Source of the DNA: Pelagomonas calceolata
Taxonomy: Eukaryota
Assembly: GCA_918797485.1 (NCBI GenBank)
Contig: CAKKNE010000002.1
Location: forward strand, 4,774,001-4,838,000
DNA length: 64,000 bases
Direction: 5' to 3'
The notes below the pieces were generated by a model. It had not been told where the DNA came from, searched no databases, and saw nothing but the letters and a program-made list of their open reading frames with translations. Below, piece by piece: positions 10,755 through 19,293 of this stretch; the stretch's first letter is position 1, and the number at the start of each line of letters is the position of its first letter. Position numbers and translations under genes: made by a program.

Positions 10755-10877
10755 CGTGTCTCTCGCGGCCGGGACGGTCGTCGGTCGCGCTATCTCCTAA
10801 GTTACTGTCGTTTCCTGGACATCTCCTCACTAGTAGTCTTTCTCCGCGGCGCGGCGTCGGTCGTTGATAAATTCCCC

Positions 10878-11310
10878 ATGACCACGCCGACCTTGCGCCG
10901 CACGTTTGCCAGCGTCATTATACTTAGCCCAATCGTGCCGTCGCTGATAGGCACAGAAAAAAAATCCCGAGGCCCATTTCAAATCCCTTCCCCCCATGAC
11001 GACGGTACCGCGTAGCTTGCGGGATTTTTTGAAGAATGCTCAAGTCGGTCGATCCTCAATCTAATACCGGTTCCTATGTCCTGTGTGATAGTGGAGTCGC
11101 TGATATATTTTAGGCTTTAATCCCGGCCCGTTTTAAATTCCTTACCCCTATGACGACGGCTCGCGTAGCTTCCGGGATATTTTAAAAATGCTCAAGTCGG
11201 TCGATCATAAATGTAATAACGGTTCCTATGTCCGGTGGAATACCCCCGATCGCTGATAGACGCAGCTTTAATCCCCCGTGCCGTTTTAAATACCTTACCT
11301 TACCCTATTA
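10878..11310. repeat. Diverged tandem array, ~154-bp period, with box C/D-like termini (candidate ncRNA cluster)
   Basis: ATGAC(C/G)A at 10878, 10996, 11150; CGCTGATA with CTGA at 10944, 11100, 11253; identical 20-mer at 11035/11187 and 14-mer at 11068/11220. Confidence 0.7.
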
Positions 11311-11436
11311 CTAACCAGTTGCTGACCAGTAGTTACTGACTAGACATCTCCACGAGTAGGATTACTAGCGGTACGCCTCGGCGGCGTTTCTTCGCGCCTC
11401 GTGTAAGACTAATCACGACGGAAGCTTACACCCGAC

Positions 11437-12933
11437 CTAGTCCTTCGACTTCTTCTTCTTCTTTTTGGGCTTCTCGCCCTCGCCGCCAGCTGCAGCTGCT
11501 TCCGCCAGTTTCCTCGCTTTTTTCTCGGCCTTGCGCGCCTTCTTCGCGGCGGCCTCGTCGGGCGACAGCTCCTCGCGGTCGCGCTTCTTCTTCTTCTTTT
11601 CTTTCTTTTCTAACACCATATCCGATGCAGCACTGTAGCCGGCGGCGCCGTTGCCGCTCTGGACGACCTCGATGAGCTTCTTGGGCGCGCCATTGGGGGC
11701 AGAAGCACGTACAGAACCGCCCTCGAGCTGCCGCAGCCTCGCCTCGACCTTGGACCGCGCGTCGATGCCCAGGGACGCGTCGTCGCCCTCGCCAAGCGCG
11801 TCGACGCGCACGGCCAGCGAGCACTTCGCGGCCAGCACGCGGGCAATTTTGCCTTTGTTCTTCGGCGCAGCCTGGCCGATGAGGGAAGCGTGGTAGATCA
11901 GGCCGTATTTGGGGGTATCATGCTTGGTCTTCAGGGCTCGGAAGAGGGCCTTCTCGGCGCCGAGGATCTGCACGGTCGACGCCGGCTGCTTCGCGAGGTT
12001 CATAATCGAGCCAGCGTGCTGCACGAGGCGCGCGCCAACGAGTTCACCGACGAGAGTCGTCAGGTTGGGCGCCAGGGCCTGCATACGGGCTCTAAGGTAA
12101 TCCGCGAGCCGCGTCCGATACGCCGACAGCTCCACGACCTGATCAGCTAACGCAACCACATGGTCCATGTCGCTCGGATCGACCTCCGTGCCCATGGACA
12201 TCTCCGCCGTATCTAACAAAGTCTGCGCGGCCGTTTCGTCGTCGTCGAGGATTTCCGTGACCACATCCCTTGAGTTCTTGAAGTTCGTCCTATCGCGAAC
12301 CTTTCGTACGAGTTCGGCATAGTGCACATTATCGTTGACCAAGCGCGCCATCTCCGGGAAGTGCCAGCCGTACCACTCCTTGACCCTCATGGCATAGGTA
12401 TTCACCTCCTTGTCGAGGTCGTCCAGCAGACCGACGGCCTGCACGACCATCGTGTCCACTTTATCTGGAGAGAACTTGAGCTTGTACCTCGATAAGCTAT
12501 GAGATAGACCGAGCTGCATGGCTCTCACGTCATGTGAATCGGCAACTGGGGCGTCGCCGTCGATAGCCAACGACCGAGCCCCTCGCAAACATTCATTGAC
12601 GAACGACGACGCGACACATGGAATGTTCAGCTTCTCCTTGATGAGGGCACCTAATTTAGGATCCGCAACTCCGAGCTCGACGCCCCCGTTCGGAACTTGC
12701 TTCTTCAGAAATTTCTTGAGCTGCTTGTTGAGCTTGGACTCGACGAAGTCGGACGCGGCGGCCACGGCCTCCGTCGTGTCTCGAAAGGGCGCGAAGGTTT
12801 TTAGTGAGAGCGCCTTTCTCGGGTCCTCGCTCAGCTTCGACGCGAGCTTGTCCGCATCCAACTTCTTGAGCTTGTCCTCGTGCTTGAGCTCGTACAAGGC
12901 GTGGCCCGCGGCGGTCTCGAAGAGGAGGAGCAT
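11437..12933 (-). CDS. NOP58: Nucleolar protein 58 (box C/D snoRNP core)
   Basis: MLLLFETAAG, LGLSHSLSRYKLKFSPDKVDTM, EWYGWHFPE, PASTVQILGAEKALFRALKTKHDTPKYG, Lys/Glu-rich tail. Confidence 0.95.
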   Translation of the reverse strand: MLLLFETAAGHALYELKHEDKLKKLDADKLASKLSEDPRKALSLKTFAPFRDTTEAVAAASDFVESKLNKQLKKFLKKQVPNGGVELGVADPKLGALIKEKLNIPCVASSFVNECLRGARSLAIDGDAPVADSHDVRAMQLGLSHSLSRYKLKFSPDKVDTMVVQAVGLLDDLDKEVNTYAMRVKEWYGWHFPEMARLVNDNVHYAELVRKVRDRTNFKNSRDVVTEILDDDETAAQTLLDTAEMSMGTEVDPSDMDHVVALADQVVELSAYRTRLADYLRARMQALAPNLTTLVGELVGARLVQHAGSIMNLAKQPASTVQILGAEKALFRALKTKHDTPKYGLIYHASLIGQAAPKNKGKIARVLAAKCSLAVRVDALGEGDDASLGIDARSKVEARLRQLEGGSVRASAPNGAPKKLIEVVQSGNGAAGYSAASDMVLEKKEKKKKKRDREELSPDEAAAKKARKAEKKARKLAEAAAAGGEGEKPKKKKKKSKD

Positions 12934-13503
12934 TGTGCCTTACGGTGTGCCTTACGGTGGCCGCGGCGGCGGGCGTGCCGCGCAGCGTCCGGGTTCGCGC
13001 CGCCGCGCGCGGAGGGGCGCGGGCTCGCTGCGCTTCTCGGGCGGCTGCCTTTGAGGCTTGTTTTTGTTGCCGGCGGCGTTTGGCGCGGCGGTTTCGAGGC
13101 TCAGTCGCAGGGAGTTGCTATCGAGCGTACCCCTCGTGCTCCTGGCGCACTGTTTGGAGCGCGCGCACGTCCTGCCCGTCGCTTTCGCTCTCAGACTGAA
13201 GTTAGTCTAGCCTCTTAAAGTCTCTAGTCTTGCAAGAGCGCAGGGATCGGTCCAGCCGTCGCCACGGCACCGCAGAGCTCCCACGGCGAGCCTTCGAAGG
13301 CAAACCCCTACTTAGCGCGCAGCGAGAGCGTCGCATTGCTTTGCAGCGCCGAGATCAAAACGCCGCGCGAGGAGCGCACATCTGGCTGCCCCACGGAAGC
13401 ATTCGTGAGCGGACAGGCACCGTCGCACGTGGTGCTGCGCCTCGACTGGCGTCGCGCCCAGTTCTGACATACATCTCAGTATGGTACCATCATGACCTAA
13501 ACG

Positions 13504-14724
13504 ATGCTGCGTGAGAGGGACCTCATTGCGCGCGTGCGCCGCACGAAGAAACCAGAAACGCTGCCCGCCGTCGTCGAAGCGGCAACGAAGGCCCCGTTCC
13601 CTGGGCGGTTGAGGAGACCGTCGGCCCAGAAAGCAAGAGGACCGCTGCCGCACACTGGATTAAAGAACCTGGGCAACACATGTTTTATGAATGCAACATT
13701 ACAATGTTTGTTTGGTTGTTCGGAATTCTGTGCCGGATTTGTCGAGAGACAGTATCCGCTCGCGGCGAAATCTCCCTCTTCCGGAAAGATAGCCATGGCC
13801 TTTGCCGAATTGCTTGGAGATATCGCCCAAGATAAACCTATCGTGTCTCCATCAAATCTCAGGAAGAGTCTGACGAAGATCGCGCCCCAGTTCCGAGGCA
13901 ACGGCCAGCACGACTCCCAGGAATTACTTCGGTGTCTCTTGGACGGCCTCGCGGAGGATTTGAAGCGGCCGCCGCCGCCGTCACCTGTCACGTTACCACG
14001 GCAGGAGAATACGGAGATAGTGGAGGAGGCGCATTGTGAGGCGTGGCGGACCTATGTACGTGATAATGCCTCGCCCGTTTCGGATCACTTCGCCGGGTTG
14101 CTAAGGAGCACGGTCGAGTGCTGTAAATGCAGTCATCGATCGATACGGTACGACCCCTACCTCGACCTGTCGCTGCCGCTGCCGCCGCCTCCATCATCAA
14201 CCGTGCGGAGCCCGCTCTCGGCGAAGCTGCAGAAGGGATCTACGAGTTGTACGCTCGAGAAGTGTATGGAACAGTTCACAGCTACTGAAGATTTAACGGA
14301 AAAAATAACCTGTGAAAAGTGCAAGAAGCCGCAGAAGTCGAAGAAGTCTCTGACTTTGCAGACGTGGCCCCGCATCCTGGTGTTGCACGTGAAGCGCTTC
14401 TCGTACACGGAGACGCGGAGAGAAAAACTCGACACCCTGGTCACGTTCCCGACGGAGGGCCTCGATCTCAGTCCGTTCGCGTCCGAGGACCGGCGGAGCG
14501 TCCCGGCCGTCTACGACCTCTTCGCGACGACGGACCATTTAGGAGCGTCCGGCGCGGCGGGCCACTACGTCGCGCACCGCAAAGACCAAAGCGGCTGGCG
14601 TACGTTTGATGATACGACGCACGCGCCGACGGCGGCCGAGCGGCTCCAGGGCGGCGCCGCCTACGTGCTCTGGTACCGGCGGCGCGACGGCGGCGCGCCA
14701 CCAGCGAAACCTAAGTTAGTTTAG
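13504..14724 (+). CDS. Ubiquitin-specific protease (peptidase C19, USP2/21-like)
   Basis: Cys box GLKNLGNTCFMNATLQC, QHDSQE, LVLHVKRF, His box GHYVAH..W..FDD. Confidence 0.92.
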   Translation: MLRERDLIARVRRTKKPETLPAVVEAATKAPFPGRLRRPSAQKARGPLPHTGLKNLGNTCFMNATLQCLFGCSEFCAGFVERQYPLAAKSPSSGKIAMAFAELLGDIAQDKPIVSPSNLRKSLTKIAPQFRGNGQHDSQELLRCLLDGLAEDLKRPPPPSPVTLPRQENTEIVEEAHCEAWRTYVRDNASPVSDHFAGLLRSTVECCKCSHRSIRYDPYLDLSLPLPPPPSSTVRSPLSAKLQKGSTSCTLEKCMEQFTATEDLTEKITCEKCKKPQKSKKSLTLQTWPRILVLHVKRFSYTETRREKLDTLVTFPTEGLDLSPFASEDRRSVPAVYDLFATTDHLGASGAAGHYVAHRKDQSGWRTFDDTTHAPTAAERLQGGAAYVLWYRRRDGGAPPAKPKLV

Positions 14725-15223
14725 TCTATGCGGTGCCATTCGTGCCGTTGGCACCGCCGCTCGTCGCGGAGAAGGGGCGCGGCTTATAGCATTCCCGCGG
14801 GCGCTGAAAAAAGAGCAGTATGCTCAGGCTCAGGCTAGTTACGTCGCGTGTCCCCCGTACCCCGTTGATGCTTGCTAGTGTCTTACTGGCCGCTAGCCCA
14901 CGCCAACTCGACCTCACGAGTATTCAACACCGGTGACGGTTTTTTGCGGTGACGGCGTGTTATTTAACACCTCGAATACACACAAGTCCGCTGTCCAGGC
15001 GACGCGATCTGGCTAATCTCAACACCTGAGTTACACCTCAGGCTGGCCTGCTTAGCCGTGGAGCTCCCCTCTCGCTCCACGTAAAAAAAACACGGGACCC
15101 AGTACTCACTTCAATGAGTCCGCGGTAACGCTTCGGTCTGTGCTCATTTGCGGGTCGGAGCGACCATGACGCGTCCCGCGACTCGCGGAATGATAGTCCT
15201 GCTGGGCCTGCTCGCGACAATCG

Positions 15224-15901
15224 ATGGCGTCGAGGCTGATTTTCGCACAGGTGACGCTCGGCGCGATGGAGCGGGTCATGGCCGGCGAGTACGAGTACGA
15301 CACCATCAAACAGCACGAGTACGGGACCGTAGGTACCTCCGGTACCGTGGGAACCCTCATTTCACGTACGGAATTCACGACGGAATCAGTTTTAACCTTC
15401 GACGCGTACCACGCCGTCTGCCTCGAGGACCTCGTGGCCTCGCGCGAGGCGTGCGGGGCGGCCTGGGCGGCCGCCGCCGCGACGTTGTTTGGCAAAGGCC
15501 CCTGGGGGATTTTGTTCGGCGAGCGCGTCGCGAACGCGACGTGCGCCGGGGACGCGAGCCCCGTCGAACCGCACCACCGGGGACATCTCCGGGCCCTCGT
15601 GCGCGCCAACGACGCGGCGCTCTTCGGGGGCCGCCTCGCGGCCGTCCAGCGGCGCGTCGCGGCGCGCGGCTGCGGCGGCGAGTGGACCACGCCCGCGCCG
15701 ACGCCCGCGCCGGCGCCCGCGACCCCGGCGTCGATGGACGGCCGGACGCCCGCGCGCCGCCAAGCGGACTACGCGCTCCGGGAACCTCATGCGGAGGCTG
15801 GCCAGACTGATATGGTGACAGGCCCGAGAACCGCACGAAGAACCCACGTTGCTTTGCCTAGAGCTAGGCCGCCTAGCCACCACGACCGCCTCCTTGCGTG
15901 A
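15224..15901 (+). CDS. Hypothetical protein or gene fragment (structure uncertain)
   Basis: 225-aa ORF with coding-like middle part; an introner-like acceptor (CTGATTTTCGCACAG|G) at 15250 suggests the true 5' end differs. Confidence 0.3.
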   Translation: MASRLIFAQVTLGAMERVMAGEYEYDTIKQHEYGTVGTSGTVGTLISRTEFTTESVLTFDAYHAVCLEDLVASREACGAAWAAAAATLFGKGPWGILFGERVANATCAGDASPVEPHHRGHLRALVRANDAALFGGRLAAVQRRVAARGCGGEWTTPAPTPAPAPATPASMDGRTPARRQADYALREPHAEAGQTDMVTGPRTARRTHVALPRARPPSHHDRLLA

Positions 15902-16012
15902 CCGCGCCCGCCCCGCCCCCGCCCTCATTATGGGCCTCATACGCGTTCTATTCGCGTTCCCTCCCTAGGCTAAGTCTATCGAGCAGGCCTCTTACGGCAG
16001 GAGGGGACGCGC

Positions 16013-17110
16013 CTATCGAGGGATTTCGACGACGACGCACGTCATGTTGTCCCCCCCAATACCTCTGGTTTCGCGAGGGTTCGTCGCGATGCACCGGTCG
16101 AACACGGCCTCGCAGATCTTCGACAATTGCGGTTCTCGACCCGCACCCCGCTCCGCCTGGATGCGAGTCCGCACGAAGTCCACGGCCTCTTGGTTGGACA
16201 GGACGTCCCAGACGCCGTCACAGGCGACGATGAAGAACTCGTCTTTGGGATCGAGCGTATGCTTCAGGACGTCGGGCTCCGCCGTGATGATCTGCGCCTC
16301 CGGGGGTAATTCGGGAGACTGCTTGTACTTGAGGTCGCCGATCGACCGCGACAGGTTCAAATTGCCGTTGACGCGGAAGAAGCCGTTCGTGGCCTCGACG
16401 AAGCCGCCCGCCTTCGTAATTCGCGTCGACTCGATTTCACTGTTGGGCTTGTGGTCGAAAGATAGAGGGATGGCCACGCCGTCCCGACAGACCACAGCGC
16501 GAGAATCCCCCGCGTTCGCGCACCACAGCGTATCTGACGTGGCGGCTACGACCACCGACGTACAGCCCGCCTGCAAAGGGTGGTCCGGCAGCGAACATTG
16601 GGGCCGCTGCTCGACCTCTTGCTGGGGCTCTTCCTCATCTCCAGATTGACGGGCGTTCGACGCGGCGATCATCTGCTGGAAGAGGGCAAAGGCTTCTTTT
16701 ACTGAGACCTTCTCGCCTTCTTCCTCCTCCTCCTGTTGCGGTGCGTTTTGGAGCTGGCCGGGCGCCGTGGCGCCGTTCTTGAGAGAAGCGAGTTCGGGCT
16801 GGTTCTCCGGTAAGCGCAATCGCTCATCCATGCGGTGGAACAATTTCTTAAGTGCTTGTTCGGGATTCTCTCCCCAATTCTCGGGGAAGTCCTCGGCCAT
16901 GTGCCTTGCCACGTATCTTGCAACTTCCGCGCCGCCGTGCCCGTCAAACACGCCGTACAACGTCGCGCCGGCCTTTTCCGTTCCAACGATGTGCGCGTCT
17001 TCCATGGATCGACGCCAGCCCTGCATGCTCGACGCGCCGTGGCGTAATCTTGATGTGGCGCCGTCCTCGGACTCCTTGAGCGTGATGGGGGCGCTGAGGT
17101 AGGCGCCCAT
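16013..17110 (-). CDS. Protein phosphatase 2C (PPM1G-like)
   Basis: MGAYLSAP, SMQGWRRSMED, VFDGHGG, ANAGDSR, NLSRSIGD, ACDGVWDV, DNMT. Confidence 0.95.
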   Translation of the reverse strand: MGAYLSAPITLKESEDGATSRLRHGASSMQGWRRSMEDAHIVGTEKAGATLYGVFDGHGGAEVARYVARHMAEDFPENWGENPEQALKKLFHRMDERLRLPENQPELASLKNGATAPGQLQNAPQQEEEEEGEKVSVKEAFALFQQMIAASNARQSGDEEEPQQEVEQRPQCSLPDHPLQAGCTSVVVAATSDTLWCANAGDSRAVVCRDGVAIPLSFDHKPNSEIESTRITKAGGFVEATNGFFRVNGNLNLSRSIGDLKYKQSPELPPEAQIITAEPDVLKHTLDPKDEFFIVACDGVWDVLSNQEAVDFVRTRIQAERGAGREPQLSKICEAVFDRCIATNPRETRGIGGDNMTCVVVEIPR

Positions 17111-17534
17111 CTTTATTTATGCGTCGCGTGTGTGGCCGTGAATCCACGGGGTTCTATTTGTTTACTGGCCGCGCAAATATAGATGCGGTGTGCGCGGCAG
17201 CTTATGGAGGTGCACAGCGCAGTGTTTTGAGAGCTGACAAACTATGATCTGTCAACGAGGCGGGCGCACGCGCACGTCCGTAAAAACCAGTGTTGGCATA
17301 ACGGTACCGCTAGTGAAGCCCACTAGAAATCGAAACGTGTGCTCATGCCCCGTACCGTTACACGGGGCACACAGGCGTACTCGGGGGAGTTTGCCGAGCT
17401 GGTTCTGCTTAGAAGGAGGTATGCTGTTATGAAAGACGCGGCCCGCGCCCGCCGCCGGATGACCAGGGCGCCGCCCACTAGTCCTATCACCGCAACACGA
17501 CGCTCGTACCATAATAAAACTCCCTAAAACTAAA

Positions 17535-18884
17535 TTACATGAGCGCACAGACCTCCGACTTCTCGGGCGCCGCCTTGCGCGCAAAGCCGGCGGGCGACCG
17601 CGCCGCGGGGTCGACGGCTAAAGCGACGGTCGCCGCGACGGGCCGGTGGTCCGACCATCTTAAGTCAGCCACGGACTCATACTCTAAAATAGCGGCGCAC
17701 TCCTTCGAGGCGACCAGCACCCGATCGGTCCACGAGGGCACCCTTCGTTTTTCCGACGTGTCGTAGACGTCGCTGCGCTTGTCGAACTTGTACGTTGGCG
17801 GGAAGGCGCGTTCTGCTTCTACAAAACCAGCGAAGGCGTCTCCCTGTCTCCGCGCGTTATCCAACTGGTCCCTGGCTTTCAACAGATGCAGGTCATTTGC
17901 AGCCAGAGCGTTATCGGCGTCCTCTCTTGATAAATCAACTCTATAGTTCAGGTCCCCGCTCCAGACGACCGCATCGAAGGCCTGGCGCAACCTGTCGCCG
18001 CCCTCGATACTGTCATCGAGGAAACCTGGTGCCAGTACTTTGGCCAAGCCACTCGAGATACTATGAAACTCAGCATTCCTCTCCTTGACCTTGTGCTGGT
18101 GGGCACACAAATGCGCCGCGACGAAACACACGTCCAAACCACCGATTTTCAAGGCAATCCCGATGCCGCCTTTGTTGCCCATCTTCGCGCCTTCGACGCC
18201 CAGTCCCGTCGCGACCGCCGACGTGGCGACGTTGCTGATGTATCCTTGTATAGATACATGGGCAAACACGACGCCGTGGGTGGCCTGTAAAGCGTGCGAC
18301 GCCACGACGCTGTAGGCGGGTCCTAAACAACTTTGTAAGGTAGCCGTCCACTCTCGCTTCGACGGGTTCGCCACACTATTTAAAATGGACCGTTCGCACT
18401 CCTGGCAGCCGACGTGGATCAGGTGGAAGCGGTCCGGGACGAGTAGTTGACTCTCAAGACCGTCCGCAGTTATCTCCTTGGCCTGCTGGTTCCAGGTGAC
18501 GCAGCGCGCGCGTATCCTTCCGTTCCGCAACTCCTCCTCTAATAAATCAGCTCGGATGGTCCGCCTCCACCGATCAAAGGCGCCGGCCCGCGACACCCGC
18601 CCCCACCGACTCACGGCGACGGTCACGAGCTTCCTAGCTCTCGCACGGCTTGCGACGTCCTCCTCCGACGGGATCGTCGTAGCATGCGAAGGGAGTAATG
18701 ACCTAACGTCGTCGGCCGTCGCTCCGGGTGCTACGCCGAAGCGCCGCTCCCGCCCCGTAGACACCTCGCGCGCCACGACAAACCGCTGGGCGTGGACCTT
18801 GTCGTCCACGACCGTGACCAACAGGTCCTGGCCTTGTTGCGTGTGGGCGAACTGGTCCACCAAAGTGCCGGCGGCGGCCGTCAT
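17535..18884 (-). CDS. Inositol polyphosphate 5-phosphatase with C-terminal CaaX (INPP5E-like)
   Basis: VTWN, GCQE, GNKGG, AHL.AH, WSGDLNYR, PTYKF...PSWTDRVL, SDHRPV; ends CALM. Confidence 0.88.
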   Translation of the reverse strand: MTAAAGTLVDQFAHTQQGQDLLVTVVDDKVHAQRFVVAREVSTGRERRFGVAPGATADDVRSLLPSHATTIPSEEDVASRARARKLVTVAVSRWGRVSRAGAFDRWRRTIRADLLEEELRNGRIRARCVTWNQQAKEITADGLESQLLVPDRFHLIHVGCQECERSILNSVANPSKREWTATLQSCLGPAYSVVASHALQATHGVVFAHVSIQGYISNVATSAVATGLGVEGAKMGNKGGIGIALKIGGLDVCFVAAHLCAHQHKVKERNAEFHSISSGLAKVLAPGFLDDSIEGGDRLRQAFDAVVWSGDLNYRVDLSREDADNALAANDLHLLKARDQLDNARRQGDAFAGFVEAERAFPPTYKFDKRSDVYDTSEKRRVPSWTDRVLVASKECAAILEYESVADLRWSDHRPVAATVALAVDPAARSPAGFARKAAPEKSEVCALM

Positions 18885-19293
18885 GGCTGCTGGCGCGATG
18901 GGTCCACTGGTGCAGCTGGCGGGCGAGGACCGCTGTGGTACGAGCCGTTCGGCTCACAGCCCCATAGCACACGCCGGGGCAGCAGTGCGGCGTCGAGCGC
19001 GGCCAACGCCTGGCAGGCTCCAACTGCTAGTGCCTCGACCGCTTAGCTCCACAGGGCAGCGGTCCACGGCATTGCCGACCGCTCCCAGGGCCGCCGAGGC
19101 GGTGGCGGGACGCGTCGCGCCGATAGTAGGCTAGAGCATTTCGTGCTGGGCACCTGCCATTTTGGTCGCGCGCGGCGTGCGCGCGCGGAGGGCAGCCGAG
19201 GCGGTCGACGCAAACGGAACGGCCGTTCCTCCGAATTTGTTGAGACAGCCGCGCCAGCGCCAGGGACAAAAGCGGGCAGCCCCACTGAGCACG

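Noticed and set aside
11050..11085. Faint minus-strand resemblance to an 18S rRNA segment (GACATAG..AGATTGAG)
   Set aside because: Short, gapped and from memory only; not enough to call an rRNA fragment or guide target without alignment.
10878..11310. CRISPR array interpretation of the repeat cluster
   Set aside because: Eukaryotic context, only 2-3 long diverged units, homologous rather than unique spacers, no cas genes.
12935..12960. 13-bp tandem duplication GTGCCTTACGGT just upstream of the NOP58 ATG
   Set aside because: Two copies only; consistent with simple slippage.
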